From: a virus
Direction: 5' to 3' (one strand)
Length of the DNA stretch: 64,000 nucleotides
IMG/VR virus record: IMGVR_UViG_3300009551_000005
Coordinates: 36,494-100,493 of that record
Part shown: piece by piece, positions 46,958 through 56,738 of the stretch
How the letters are laid out: every line of letters starts with the position of its first letter
How positions within the stretch are numbered: the first letter of the stretch is position 1
Translations under genes and position numbers: made by a program
The notes under the pieces: model-generated
Databases searched by the model: none
Told to the model about the DNA's origin: nothing
The model's input: the letters and a program-made list of their open reading frames with translations, nothing else

Positions 46958-48488
46958 GGGAAGTTTCAGCGCGCCGGAGCAGGCGGACATGTTCGCGAGC
47001 GCGCCGCCGGTGGAGGAGAAGCCCGGAAGGAAGTGGACAGACGAGCAGCAAGCGATCTTCGCGGACCGGAAGCATGGCGATGACGACGTGATCGTGGAGG
47101 CGCGCGCGGGCACCGGAAAGACCACGACGATCGTGCAGGCCATGGCGAGCTCGGGGAAGCGGGGTAGGAAGCTCCTCACCGCGTTCAACGTGTCGGCTCA
47201 ACGCGATCTTCAGACGAAGCTTGGCGAGGCCGGCGTGGCTTCCGCGGAGGCGCGCACGCTCAACTCTCTCGGCTATGGCGCCTGCTATCAGCAGCTCGGA
47301 CGCGTGGAGGTGGATGAGGATAAGGGGTTCATGATCGCCATGGACCTCGTCGGCAACGAGAAGCAGAAGGCCGCGCCGGTCTCCAAGCTCGCTCGCCTCG
47401 GCAAGATCACGCTCGCTTCGACTCTCGAGGAGCTCGAGGATCTCGCGGACAGGTTCGACATCGACTGCCCGTTCGGACAACCCGACAAGGGGCTGCTCGC
47501 CAAGGCGGCGTTGGCGGCGATGGAGGCCGCGAAGCAGAAGCTCGAGACCATCGACTTCGACGACCAGCTCTGGCTCCCGTGGGTGTTCGACCTGAACCCC
47601 AAGGGGTTCGACGAGGTGTACTGCGACGAGGTGCAGGACCTGAACCCCGCGCAGGTGGACCTCGTATTGAAGGCGCGCCGGCGCGGAGCGCGCTTCTGCG
47701 CCATCGGCGATCCGATGCAGGCCATCTACGGGTGGCGCGCAGCCGACGACGCCATGGGCAAGATCCGCGAGCGGCTCGGTGCGCGGACGCTGAAGCTCAC
47801 GACCACGTTCAGGTGCGCGCGGAGGATCGTCGACGAGGCGAGGAAGCTCGTGCCCGATTACCGCTCGATGGAAGGTGCTCCCGATGGCGTGGTGGAGGAG
47901 GTCCCGAACTGGACGATGCGGAAGCGCGCGAGACCGGGAGACTTCGTGCTCTCGCGCGCGAATGCGCCGCTCGTCGGGCTCTGCATCGCGTTCGCAAAGG
48001 AGGGCAGGCGCGCGTCGGTCCAGGGGCGCGACATCGGCGCGAAGCTCCAGACGATCGTGAAGAAGAGCAAGGCGGGAACGCCCGAGGAGCTCCGCACATG
48101 GGTCGACGATTGGAAGGCCAAGGAGGTGAAGAGGCTCGAGGCGCGCGGCCGCTCGACCGATCTCGTCACCGACGCCGCGGCGTGCATTCACGCCTTCTGC
48201 GAGGGCGCGCGCTCGGTACAGGAGGTGACGCGCATCATCGACGACGCCTTCGACGATGACCCGTCCAAGGGCGACAAGATCGTGCTCTCCACCGTCCACC
48301 GCGCGAAGGGGCTCGAGCGCGACCGCGTGTGGCTCCTCAAGGGCACGTTCAAGACGGCGCTCGGGAGCGTCGGGCGTGGGGGTGAGTTCTTCGGCGGTGA
48401 ACAAGAGAAGCTGCCCACGCAGGAGGAGCTCAACATCCTCTACGTGGCCATCACGCGCGCGAAGCGGGAGCTCTACTACGTGACGTGA
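46944..48488 (+). CDS. UvrD/Rep-like SF1 helicase
   Basis: ARAGTGKTT, DEVQD, GDPMQAIYGWR, STVHRAKGLE, YVAITRAK. Confidence 0.92.
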   Translation: MPRPRGSFSAPEQADMFASAPPVEEKPGRKWTDEQQAIFADRKHGDDDVIVEARAGTGKTTTIVQAMASSGKRGRKLLTAFNVSAQRDLQTKLGEAGVASAEARTLNSLGYGACYQQLGRVEVDEDKGFMIAMDLVGNEKQKAAPVSKLARLGKITLASTLEELEDLADRFDIDCPFGQPDKGLLAKAALAAMEAAKQKLETIDFDDQLWLPWVFDLNPKGFDEVYCDEVQDLNPAQVDLVLKARRRGARFCAIGDPMQAIYGWRAADDAMGKIRERLGARTLKLTTTFRCARRIVDEARKLVPDYRSMEGAPDGVVEEVPNWTMRKRARPGDFVLSRANAPLVGLCIAFAKEGRRASVQGRDIGAKLQTIVKKSKAGTPEELRTWVDDWKAKEVKRLEARGRSTDLVTDAAACIHAFCEGARSVQEVTRIIDDAFDDDPSKGDKIVLSTVHRAKGLERDRVWLLKGTFKTALGSVGRGGEFFGGEQEKLPTQEELNILYVAITRAKRELYYVT

Positions 48489-48505
48489 GCGGCATCCCCG
48501 CCGCC

Positions 48506-49213
48506 ATGCTGATGCTCAACACGAGCGACTGGCACCCCGATAAAAGGACGATGAACTACCCGCGCTTCGACGACGTTGCGCAGGCGGTAGAGCAGACCGT
48601 CGACGTGGCCATCGCCGAGAAAGTGGACCTCTACGCGTTCAACGGAGACCTCTGCGATCCCGACGCCGGCCCGATCGTCCTCCGGTGCGCAGGACTCGCG
48701 GTCCGTGCGTCCGCGCGCCTTTCCTCGCACGGGATTCAGAGCGTGTGGGTCGCTGGCAACCACGACGTCTTCGAGGACGGTTCGGGTCTGACGTCGCTCA
48801 ACCCGCTCCACGGGATGCCCGGGATCGTGACGGTGGCCGAGCGTCCCACGCTCTTCGAGGAGTTCGGCATGAACATCCTCTGCCTGCCCTACTCCGCTGT
48901 CTCGCATGCGTATGACCCTGAGGAGTGGGCCAGGAAGGCGCTGGAGGGCAGCCCCGCTCCCAAGGTGCTCGTCCTCGCACACCTCCACGTGAAGGGCATT
49001 GTGCCCGGCGAGGAGACGCGCGAGATGGGGCGCGGACGGGAGCTCTGGTTTCCGCGGGAAGTGTTCCGCGGCAAGGAGGACCGCGTCGCCATGTTCAACG
49101 GCCACTACCACGCCGGCGGAATCCACGACGGGATCGTCATTCCTGGATCCCTCGCTCGGTTCACGTTCGGGGAAGAGTCGAGCAAGCCTTCGTTCTTGCT
49201 CGTGGAGCTGTGA
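48506..49213 (+). CDS. sbcD: SbcD/Mre11-like metallophosphoesterase nuclease
   Basis: SDWH, GDLCD, GNHD, GHYH; GCGGCATC-N9-ATG. Confidence 0.88.
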   Translation: MLMLNTSDWHPDKRTMNYPRFDDVAQAVEQTVDVAIAEKVDLYAFNGDLCDPDAGPIVLRCAGLAVRASARLSSHGIQSVWVAGNHDVFEDGSGLTSLNPLHGMPGIVTVAERPTLFEEFGMNILCLPYSAVSHAYDPEEWARKALEGSPAPKVLVLAHLHVKGIVPGEETREMGRGRELWFPREVFRGKEDRVAMFNGHYHAGGIHDGIVIPGSLARFTFGEESSKPSFLLVEL

Positions 49214-49237
49214 CATGACGTCGAGAAAGGCAAAGCG

Positions 49238-49687
49238 ATGAGCCGCCGGGGTGCGAAGATCGCCGTCGGTGATCGATCACCGAAGGTGCGGAGAGTCGCG
49301 GTGGAGAAGGATCGCGACCTCGTGACGATCGGTCCCAAGTCGCTCGTGTGGGGAGGGACGCTGCAAGATCTCGTGTTGGCGGCGGGCTTCACGAGTCCTG
49401 AGCGGTTCTGCGAAGGGAAGTTCTTCCGCCTTCGTCCTCCGCGCGGGAACGCGGAGAATGCGCGCGCCACGGCGGCGACGCTCAAGCACTTCGGAGCGCT
49501 GGGCGTGCAGGTGGAGTTGCCCGAGGAGGAGCACGCGGCGATCGGACACGAAGAGGAGCAGGGCTCACTCATCCTCTCGATGTCGCTCCGCGATGCGGTG
49601 ATGCAGACGGCGGAAGCGGCAAACACCGCGGACCGTCCCAAGATGAAGGCCGCGCTCGAGCGTTCGCTCGCGGCCGCGAAGATCTGA
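49238..49687 (+). CDS. Hypothetical protein, possibly a detached SbcD C-terminal domain
   Basis: Between sbcD and sbcC; sbcD ends right after its nuclease domain. Confidence 0.5.
   Translation: MSRRGAKIAVGDRSPKVRRVAVEKDRDLVTIGPKSLVWGGTLQDLVLAAGFTSPERFCEGKFFRLRPPRGNAENARATAATLKHFGALGVQVELPEEEHAAIGHEEEQGSLILSMSLRDAVMQTAEAANTADRPKMKAALERSLAAAKI
49263..49286. repeat. 24-bp palindrome copy 11 (1 mismatch), CDS N-terminus
   Basis: CCGTCGGTGATCGATCACCGAAGG, encodes AVGDRSPK. Confidence 0.95.
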
Positions 49688-49697
49688 GGAGGCGAGG

Positions 49698-50060
49698 ATG
49701 AACTTCGAAGGATGGGTCGCGGACGTGCGCGTGCGCAGGGACAACGCGCTGAGGAACGCTGACCGGCACAAGGAGCGTGGGTTCGAGGGGCTCCTCGCCG
49801 CGGAGCTCGCGAACTGCCGCGCGATGGCCTACGAGAATGTGCTCGAGCAGGTCACGGTTTTTCAGCAGAAGTGGCAGAAAGAGCCGTTCACCGATGAGGA
49901 GAAGCTCGAGAAGTTCCTCGGTATCCTCAGGAAGGCGCGCGCGGCGCTCGTCACCTACCCGATCAGCAACCCGAGCTTCGCGCACGAGGAGCTCCGCGTT
50001 GTCCTCGAGTCCATCGAGATGATGACGTGGCTCATTCACGCGCAAAGGAAGCCGTCGTGA
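49698..50060 (+). CDS. Hypothetical protein
   Basis: GGAGG RBS, helical. Confidence 0.65.
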   Translation: MNFEGWVADVRVRRDNALRNADRHKERGFEGLLAAELANCRAMAYENVLEQVTVFQQKWQKEPFTDEEKLEKFLGILRKARAALVTYPISNPSFAHEELRVVLESIEMMTWLIHAQRKPS

Positions 50061-52030
50061 TCGTCGGGTTGCGCCTTGAGAACTGGCGCTGCTACCGCGG
50101 CGAGCAGGAGATCCGTCTCGCGCCCAAGGCGTACGGCGTGCACGCGCGTGTCGGGGGAGATGAGGACCGCTCCAACTGGGCGGGTAAGAGCGCGCTCTTC
50201 GAAGCCGTCGACTTCTCGCTCTTCGGGCGTCTCAACCCGGACCGCGGAGACCTCGTTGACGGGTGGATCTCGCGCGGCGAGAGCAAGGGCATGGTCGCAC
50301 TCCTCCTCGAGGCTGACGGCGAGCAGTTCCTTGTCGAGCGCGGGAGGAAGGGTAGGAAGGGGTACGTGAAAGCCGCGCGCCGCGGTGCGGAAAAGGTGGC
50401 CGAAGGAGACGAGGCAGAGCGCGAGATCGCGGCGTGGCTCGGGCTCTCCAAGGAGGACTTCCTCGCGTGCGCGTACTTCCGACAGCGTCAGACCGCGCGC
50501 CTGGTGCTCATGGAGTCGGGTGACCGGATGAAGGTCGCATCGTCGTGGTTCGGACTCGAGCCGTTGAAGGTCGCGGAGACGCACGCGCGTGACGAGTATC
50601 GCGGTCGCGCGGAAGAAGAGGCGAAGCTCATTGCCACCGCCATGGAGCTCGAGCAGAAAGCTGCGCAGGCGCTCGGAGTTGAAGTTGGAAAGGACCTCGC
50701 GCAGATGGCGGCCGAGGCGCGTGTTGCGTTGGAAGGCGTGGACAAGGACATCGCCGCGCGAGAGGTGTCCAAGCAGGCGGCGTTCAAGCGCGCGGAGGCG
50801 GTCAACGGCAACAAGGGCGTGCGCCTGGCGGTGGAGAGCATCAACAAGCTCCGCATTGAGGGGAAGGCGCTCCGCGCGAAGGTCGACGCCGCGGACAAGG
50901 TGGCGCTCGAGAAGGAACGAGATCTCCACCGTGCCAACGCTGCGCAGCTCCTTCAGGAGGTCTCGCCGCTTGTCCGCGACGTGGAACAGAAGAACCTCCT
51001 CATCCGCGGCGGATGGGGCGGGCAGTGCCCTGTCGCGCTCTTCCCTTGCCCGGCGGCGCAAGAGGTTCTGGCGCGGAAGGAGAGCGCGTCGAAGTTCGTC
51101 GAAGAGAACCATCCCAAGGTCGCAGCGCTTCGCGCTCGCCACGCGGAGGAGGAAGCCAAGGCGCGCTCCGCGGAAGCCAGGCTTCAGGAAGTCATCCGCG
51201 ACGAAGGACGACTTCAGGAGATGCGATCGCGCGTGAAGGAGCTCATTCCGCTCGAGGAGCGCGCGGAGGCACTGGCGAAGGAAGGCCTCCTCGAGGACGG
51301 TCCGGCGTTCGAAGAGCTCGAGGCCGCAGGCAAAGCGCTTCAGACGGCGCGCGAGGCACGTGAAGTCATCGCCTACCGCCTCGCGGTGGCTGAGGACGCG
51401 CTCAAGAAGGCAGCCGAGGCGCGCGAGAAGGCCAAGGCGATGCGCGCGGAGGCGCGTGCGTCACACGAGGCTGCGCAGGTGGTCCTGCTCACGCGCCGGA
51501 CCGTGGGCGAGGCGGCGTTCGGCGAAGTGGAGCGCGGCGCCAACGCGAGGCTCGCGCGGTGCGGGGTCGATCTTCGCGTGCGCGTCGCGTGGGAGCGTGA
51601 GGGGCGCGACCCGGCGCGCTACTGCCTCGAGTGCGGCTCTCCATTCCCATCTTCGCGCGCGGTGAAGACGTGCACGCTCTGCGGCGCGGACCGGGGCAAG
51701 AACCTCATCGACGAGCTGGAGCTCCATCTGTCCGACCACTCCGGCGCGGCGGAGGACATGGGCGGTCTTGCCGTGCAACTCGCGGCGGCCGAGTACGTGG
51801 CCAGGAAGCGCGCCTCACGGTGGCAGGCGGTCCTCGTCGACGAGCCCTTCGCGCAGTGTGACGTTGCTCACCAGCGCGCCGTCGCGCGCCATCTTGCGGA
51901 GGTTCTCGCCAATGGACACTTCCGTCAGGCGCTCGTCACGGCCCACCAGGCGCAGGTTCTCAACGCTCTCCCGGGGCGCATCGAAGTGGCGCGGCAAGGG
52001 GAGTGGAGCACCATGAGGGTCGCATCATGA
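50057..52030 (+). CDS. sbcC: SbcC/Rad50-like SMC ATPase
   Basis: LENWRCY, SNWAGKS, coiled coil with CPV hook, VLVDEPF Walker B, TAH. Confidence 0.88.
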   Translation: MIVGLRLENWRCYRGEQEIRLAPKAYGVHARVGGDEDRSNWAGKSALFEAVDFSLFGRLNPDRGDLVDGWISRGESKGMVALLLEADGEQFLVERGRKGRKGYVKAARRGAEKVAEGDEAEREIAAWLGLSKEDFLACAYFRQRQTARLVLMESGDRMKVASSWFGLEPLKVAETHARDEYRGRAEEEAKLIATAMELEQKAAQALGVEVGKDLAQMAAEARVALEGVDKDIAAREVSKQAAFKRAEAVNGNKGVRLAVESINKLRIEGKALRAKVDAADKVALEKERDLHRANAAQLLQEVSPLVRDVEQKNLLIRGGWGGQCPVALFPCPAAQEVLARKESASKFVEENHPKVAALRARHAEEEAKARSAEARLQEVIRDEGRLQEMRSRVKELIPLEERAEALAKEGLLEDGPAFEELEAAGKALQTAREAREVIAYRLAVAEDALKKAAEAREKAKAMRAEARASHEAAQVVLLTRRTVGEAAFGEVERGANARLARCGVDLRVRVAWEREGRDPARYCLECGSPFPSSRAVKTCTLCGADRGKNLIDELELHLSDHSGAAEDMGGLAVQLAAAEYVARKRASRWQAVLVDEPFAQCDVAHQRAVARHLAEVLANGHFRQALVTAHQAQVLNALPGRIEVARQGEWSTMRVAS

Positions 52031-52416
52031 ATGGGACGAACGGGCACGCTTTGAACGGGAACGGAGCTGAGCTTTACGCTGCGCAGATGGCGAAGCGCTG
52101 GCCGCGGGTGAAGTCTCTCCGGTTCCTGGTCGAGGTGGTGGGCGAGAGCCCGGTGAAGGGTGACAGCGGAGCGGCGACGCTCCTCAAGGCGGGCACGAAG
52201 ATCCTCTACATCGCGAGGGGCGGCAACGGTTCGCTCAGCGCAGCGTTCGCGCGCGTGTGGGCGGAGGCGAGAACGCGGTGGGGGCGGGACCGCGTCGCGT
52301 CCATCGATCAGTGCGGCTTCATCCTCGAGCACGAAGACGGGCGCATCGAGCACGTGAGCGATGAACCGTCGACGGAGATCATCGACAACGCGCCAGCGCG
52401 GGAGACGAGGAAGTGA
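52027..52416 (+). CDS. Hypothetical protein
   Basis: ATGA coupling. Confidence 0.6.
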   Translation: MNGTNGHALNGNGAELYAAQMAKRWPRVKSLRFLVEVVGESPVKGDSGAATLLKAGTKILYIARGGNGSLSAAFARVWAEARTRWGRDRVASIDQCGFILEHEDGRIEHVSDEPSTEIIDNAPARETRK

Positions 52417-52646
52417 AACGCGTCTACGGAATCCCGGTTCGAAGACCGCTCGGATGGATTCCGAGATGGACGCATCGGGGTGACGTTCTTCCGTTGCTCT
52501 ACGTCCTGTTGATCATCGGCATCGGGATCGGCGCGTGGTTGTGGCTTCGTGCCAAGGCCGATCGGTGCGAGGAGAAGGGTGGCGTCTTCTTCTACCGGGA
52601 AGGCAAGTGCATCACCGGTGACAACCTGCGGAGGATCGATCCGTGA
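52413..52646 (+). CDS. Small membrane protein
   Basis: One TM helix followed by CEEKGG...C. Confidence 0.6.
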   Translation: MKRVYGIPVRRPLGWIPRWTHRGDVLPLLYVLLIIGIGIGAWLWLRAKADRCEEKGGVFFYREGKCITGDNLRRIDP

Positions 52647-52728
52647 CGCTCCTTCGCGCTTGTGGGCTGGGCGTTCTCGCGACGGTCCTCGTCCTCTGGC
52701 TCCTTTATGAGCTGGCGAAGGAGTAGCC

Positions 52729-53307
52729 ATGCCTCGCGCCGTCGGTGATCGATCACCGAAGGGCCCGCACGTCATCGGGCTCGACCTCTCCAAGAACGCG
52801 CCGGCGGCGGTGGCAGTGCCCGCGACGTTCGCCGCCGGCGACGGCGCACTGGCTTGGGGCACGGTGAGGAAGTGGAAACTCGAGGCTCAGGACGACACGC
52901 TCGTGTGGCGCGAGAGGAACGTGCGCGAGGGGCTTCGGTCCTTCCTCGTCTCGCTCGAGCGCGAGGGCTGCAAGATCCAGGGTGTCTACGCAGAGGACTA
53001 CGCGCACACGCAGATGGCTCGGCGCGGCGGGTGGATGCTCTGCGAGGTCGGCGGCGTCGTGCGCGTGATGCTCGCGGAGGTGTTCGGGCAGACCATGCGG
53101 ATGGTGGTCGCCGCCAGCGCTCGCAAGCTCCTTCTCGGCAAGGTCCCGCGGGAGAAGACGTCGGGCATGCCGGTGAAGGAGTACGTCTTTCGCCGGCTCC
53201 GTCAGATGCGGTCGGGGTTCACGGACTTCGATCACGCTGACGCGTTCGTGGTGGCCAACTACGGACTCCACGATCTCGGACTCCCCTGTCTCGCGTCTGA
53301 GGAGTAG
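52729..53307 (+). CDS. RuvC-like Holliday junction resolvase
   Basis: IGLDLS, YAED, DHADAF RNase H-fold acidic residues. Confidence 0.75.
   Translation: MPRAVGDRSPKGPHVIGLDLSKNAPAAVAVPATFAAGDGALAWGTVRKWKLEAQDDTLVWRERNVREGLRSFLVSLEREGCKIQGVYAEDYAHTQMARRGGWMLCEVGGVVRVMLAEVFGQTMRMVVAASARKLLLGKVPREKTSGMPVKEYVFRRLRQMRSGFTDFDHADAFVVANYGLHDLGLPCLASEE
52739..52762. repeat. 24-bp palindrome copy 12 (1 mismatch), CDS N-terminus
   Basis: Encodes AVGDRSPK. Confidence 0.95.
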
Positions 53308-53317
53308 ATTCCTCCAC

Positions 53318-54070
53318 ATGGCGAGGAACGAGAAGGCACGGGAGAAGTCTGCGAAGAAACCGCCCACGCCCAGGGAAGATGGACCGCGCATCGTCGGCGA
53401 CCCGGTGAGGACGCCGCTCGACGACGTGGAAAAGAACCCTTGGAACCCGAACGAGATGACCGCGTTCGAGCAGGAGTCGCTGAAGGACGGTCTTCAGCAC
53501 GACGGCTGGCTCGCTTCGTTGGCGCTCACGATCTGGGGCACCGACGAGAAGGGGCGGAAGAAGAACCTCATTATCGACGGTGAGCACCGGTGGACCGTCG
53601 CGAAGCAGCTCGGGTTCAAGGAAGGTCCGATGGTCTTCCTTCACGGCGTGACCGAGGCGCAGGCCAAGGCGCTCACGATCAAGCTCAACGCCAAGCGCGG
53701 CTCTCCCAACGAAGAGAAGCTCAAGATCATCGTGAAAGAGCTCGAGTTGAAGCTCCAGGTGCCGAACCTCTCGCTCGACCTCGGCATCGAGCAGGAGAAG
53801 CTCTCGATGATGCTGGCCGCGCCTCCCCTGGTCCTCGAGGGAGAGACGCCGCCGGAGAAGAACGGAACACCGCCGGGTGAGATGCCCTCGGGCATGACGT
53901 CGCACGTGCGCATGGTGCAGCTCTTCTTCAACGAGGAGCAGCACAACGAGTTCCTGGCGGCCGTGAAGAAGCTCGGCCCCATCTACTTCAAGAAGGATCC
54001 CAAGAAGCAGACGTCGACCGACATCACCATGGAGGCGATCCGTCGTGCTGTCGCTGCAACTGAGAGCTGA
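53318..54070 (+). CDS. ParB/Srx-like N-terminal domain protein with putative C-terminal ribbon-helix-helix
   Basis: NPWNPNEM, LIIDGEHRW, LNAKRG; C-terminus VRMVQLFF-NEEQHNEFLAAVKKL...STDITMEAIRRAV. Confidence 0.8.
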   Translation: MARNEKAREKSAKKPPTPREDGPRIVGDPVRTPLDDVEKNPWNPNEMTAFEQESLKDGLQHDGWLASLALTIWGTDEKGRKKNLIIDGEHRWTVAKQLGFKEGPMVFLHGVTEAQAKALTIKLNAKRGSPNEEKLKIIVKELELKLQVPNLSLDLGIEQEKLSMMLAAPPLVLEGETPPEKNGTPPGEMPSGMTSHVRMVQLFFNEEQHNEFLAAVKKLGPIYFKKDPKKQTSTDITMEAIRRAVAATES

Positions 54071-54947
54071 GGTCAACGACAAGTCCGTCCAAGCGCTCCT
54101 CGGCAAGTCGGCGGACAAGAAGGACTACAGCGTCTCGCTCACCAACGACGTCTCGGTGTTCAAGGCCAACGGGCAGCGTCTCATCACGCTCCTCCGCGGT
54201 GCCATTCCCGAGGACGAGGCGGAGAGCGCATACCCGTTCCTCCACTGGCTCCGGCACTACCGGACGATGAACCGCGGCAAGTACAGCGGGAAGGAACGAT
54301 TCAAGAAGCTCAAGGGTGACGGGACGATCTCCAACACGAACCACGCGCAGCCGGTGCGTTCGGCCATCGCCGGGTTCTTCGACCGCTACCCGCGCTTTCC
54401 GTACTGCCGCGAGACCGCGTTCGTCACCGAGAAGCCTGAGGAATGGGGCGCGTGCCTGCCGCTCATCCAGCGTGCCGGAGACCTCTTCAAGCTCCACGTC
54501 GCGGACCGGTACAAGGCGCAGCTCGACGCGGCGAAGAAGACGCACCCCGCGTACATCATCAAGGGCACACCGTTCACCACGGTGACCATCAACAACTGCG
54601 TCGCCGGCGGGTATCACACCGACGCCGGCGACTATGGTCCGGGCTTCGGCGTCATCGCGGTCCTCCGCCGCGGGAACTACAAGGGCTGCGAGCTCGTCTT
54701 CCCCAAGTACCGTTGTGCCGTCGATCTCCAGGACCGCGACGTCATCCTCTTCGACCCTCACGAGGTGCACGGCAACGTGCCTTTCGCGGACCAGGAGGGC
54801 GAGGAGGGCAAGGACTGGGAGAGGATCTCGATGGTCTTCTACTTCCGCGCCAAGATGCTGGAGTGCCTCTCGCCGGAAGAGGAGCTCGCGCGAGCGAAGG
54901 CGCGCGGCGCCCTCGAAGCGCCTGAAGAGGAGCTCCCGCAGCCGTAG
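54045..54947 (+). CDS. TET/JBP-family 2OG-Fe(II) dioxygenase
   Basis: PFTTVTINN..GYHTDAGD (HxD), HEVHGN, RISMVFYFR; GFFDRYPRFPYCRET. Confidence 0.88.
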   Translation: MLSLQLRAEVNDKSVQALLGKSADKKDYSVSLTNDVSVFKANGQRLITLLRGAIPEDEAESAYPFLHWLRHYRTMNRGKYSGKERFKKLKGDGTISNTNHAQPVRSAIAGFFDRYPRFPYCRETAFVTEKPEEWGACLPLIQRAGDLFKLHVADRYKAQLDAAKKTHPAYIIKGTPFTTVTINNCVAGGYHTDAGDYGPGFGVIAVLRRGNYKGCELVFPKYRCAVDLQDRDVILFDPHEVHGNVPFADQEGEEGKDWERISMVFYFRAKMLECLSPEEELARAKARGALEAPEEELPQP

Positions 54948-54963
54948 CGTCATCAGGGGAGCC

Positions 54964-55851
54964 GTGAAAGCCAACTCTCTGTTCAAGGACTTCTGCGCCT
55001 TCGCGTGCGGTCAGCTCGCGAGCGGTGACATCGATCCCACCTACCCCGTCCTGAAGCGCTTCTACCGAGTGGAGAAGCTCTCGCGCGAGCAGGCGCTCTG
55101 GCGGACGGTGCTCTATCTCGCCTGGTACGACCTCGGCTCCGCGGAGCGCATCTGGCGCAAGTACCCGAATCCGTTCCTGCCGACGGATTCGGAAGTGCGC
55201 GGGCTTTCGACGGGCACCGAGCGCCGATCGTTCCGGGGCAACACCAAGGTGCTCGACTTCCTGGGTGCGCTCCTTTCGCGCGCATCGCTCGAAGGAGGCT
55301 CGCTCGAGAAGTGGGTCGACTCGTTCTTCGTCGACGATCCGACGAAGGGGTGGGACCGCGCGCGCGAGGAGCTTCAGGAGCTCGCGTTCGCGGGACCTTG
55401 GGCGAGCTACAAGTGGGCCGACCTCCTGAAGCACGTGCACGACGCGCCTATCACCGCGAGCGACATCGGCGTCGGCGGACGCGGAGAGACCGCGGGGCCG
55501 ATCCCGGGGATGGTGCGTCTCACCGGGCTGCCTTGGCAGGAGTGCGCCAACGACGTGAAGAAGCAGGTCGCGCTGCTCAAGCGCGCGCAGGATGCTGGCG
55601 TGCCCTTCAACGGTCTCGACCAGCTCGAGACGGCGCTCTGCGACTTCAACTCCTTGTGCAAAGGCGGCTACTACGTCGGGCACGACATCGACACGCAGAT
55701 GAAGCATCTCGAGCACGTGAAGGACCGCGGACTTTGGGATGCGCGCGTGGTTTTCGAGGACAGGTTCCGCGGCGAGGTCTCCGGCGGATGGTTCGGTGTG
55801 CGCAAGGAGCTGAAGACGCTCTACCGCGATCAGAAAGTGCTCATCACTTGA
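54964..55851 (+). CDS. Amino acid:DNA transferase (aGPT-Pplase2-like, glycosylase fold)
   Basis: GDIDPTY, TERRSFRG, GPWASYKWADL, ETALCDF..GYYVGHDID. Confidence 0.8.
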   Translation: MKANSLFKDFCAFACGQLASGDIDPTYPVLKRFYRVEKLSREQALWRTVLYLAWYDLGSAERIWRKYPNPFLPTDSEVRGLSTGTERRSFRGNTKVLDFLGALLSRASLEGGSLEKWVDSFFVDDPTKGWDRAREELQELAFAGPWASYKWADLLKHVHDAPITASDIGVGGRGETAGPIPGMVRLTGLPWQECANDVKKQVALLKRAQDAGVPFNGLDQLETALCDFNSLCKGGYYVGHDIDTQMKHLEHVKDRGLWDARVVFEDRFRGEVSGGWFGVRKELKTLYRDQKVLIT

Positions 55852-56738
55852 TTCACCTCGAGGGCATGGGTATCGTGGGCTCCATCTTGGCGTGGCACCT
55901 CCTCAACGCCGGGCGCTCCTTCACTTGGCACGACATCGACGCGAAGGTGCGCGCGTGGACTGCGTCGACGGGCGCTATCTACCCGAGCGGAGACGTCTTC
56001 GACGCGATGAACTACGAGGTCTGGTCGGACTGGTGCCACGGTGAAGCTCCGTGGGAGCGCTTCATCGGCCGGCACTACGAGACCTCGGGCTGGTGGTACT
56101 GCACGAAGAGCGCTCCCCACGGCGCCAAGGGCAAGCCGGTGGCGAGGTTCGGCATGCTGCACCGCGGGCCAGCGCCGTCGATGCACTTCAACGCGCAGAG
56201 CTTCGTGCCCGCGACGCGTGCCTACTTCCAGAAGATGCGCCGCGAGGGAACGCCGTCGGGCGCGCGCAAGGTCATCACCCACGGCTTCAGTCAGCGTCTC
56301 GACCACTACGTGTGGGGCTGGACGCGGAAGGTGAAGCTCGATTGGACAGCGCTCCGTCCGTACGAACGACACGAGCGCGCGGCTGTCTATCTCCGGCGCG
56401 GCCGCTTCGTCATGGCGTACGCGTACCCCATCCCCGGTGAGCCTTGGTGGTACGCGGGTTCGAACCTCATCGTGCAGAAGAAGGCGAGATCGTTGGTCAT
56501 CCCGCCGAAGTACGAGACGTGGAAACGGAACTTCGAGGAGCTCTCCGGTGGCGCGGTGCGCATCGTGGAGGAAGGTCCGTTCATCGAGGGATGGCGACCC
56601 GCCGGGGCAGATCTCGACGGAGACCTCGTGCGCGAGATGGACGGCGCGCTCGTCCTCAAGCCGTTCTGGAACAGTGGCATCCGTCACTCCCCGTTGACGA
56701 TGCGCGCGGCAATGGACGCGCTCGGAGGTGCAAGATGA
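55848..56738 (+). CDS. FAD-dependent oxidoreductase/lyase (DAO-like)
   Basis: TTGA-coupled start; GMGIVG dinucleotide fold, AWTASTGA, EGWRP, NSGIRHSP. Confidence 0.78.
   Translation: MIHLEGMGIVGSILAWHLLNAGRSFTWHDIDAKVRAWTASTGAIYPSGDVFDAMNYEVWSDWCHGEAPWERFIGRHYETSGWWYCTKSAPHGAKGKPVARFGMLHRGPAPSMHFNAQSFVPATRAYFQKMRREGTPSGARKVITHGFSQRLDHYVWGWTRKVKLDWTALRPYERHERAAVYLRRGRFVMAYAYPIPGEPWWYAGSNLIVQKKARSLVIPPKYETWKRNFEELSGGAVRIVEEGPFIEGWRPAGADLDGDLVREMDGALVLKPFWNSGIRHSPLTMRAAMDALGGAR

Noticed and set aside
53318-54070. Classical ParABS plasmid-prophage partition system
   Set aside because: No ParA in the window, no central HTH typical of Spo0J, and the gene is coupled to the modification operon; a ParA elsewhere in the genome would reopen this
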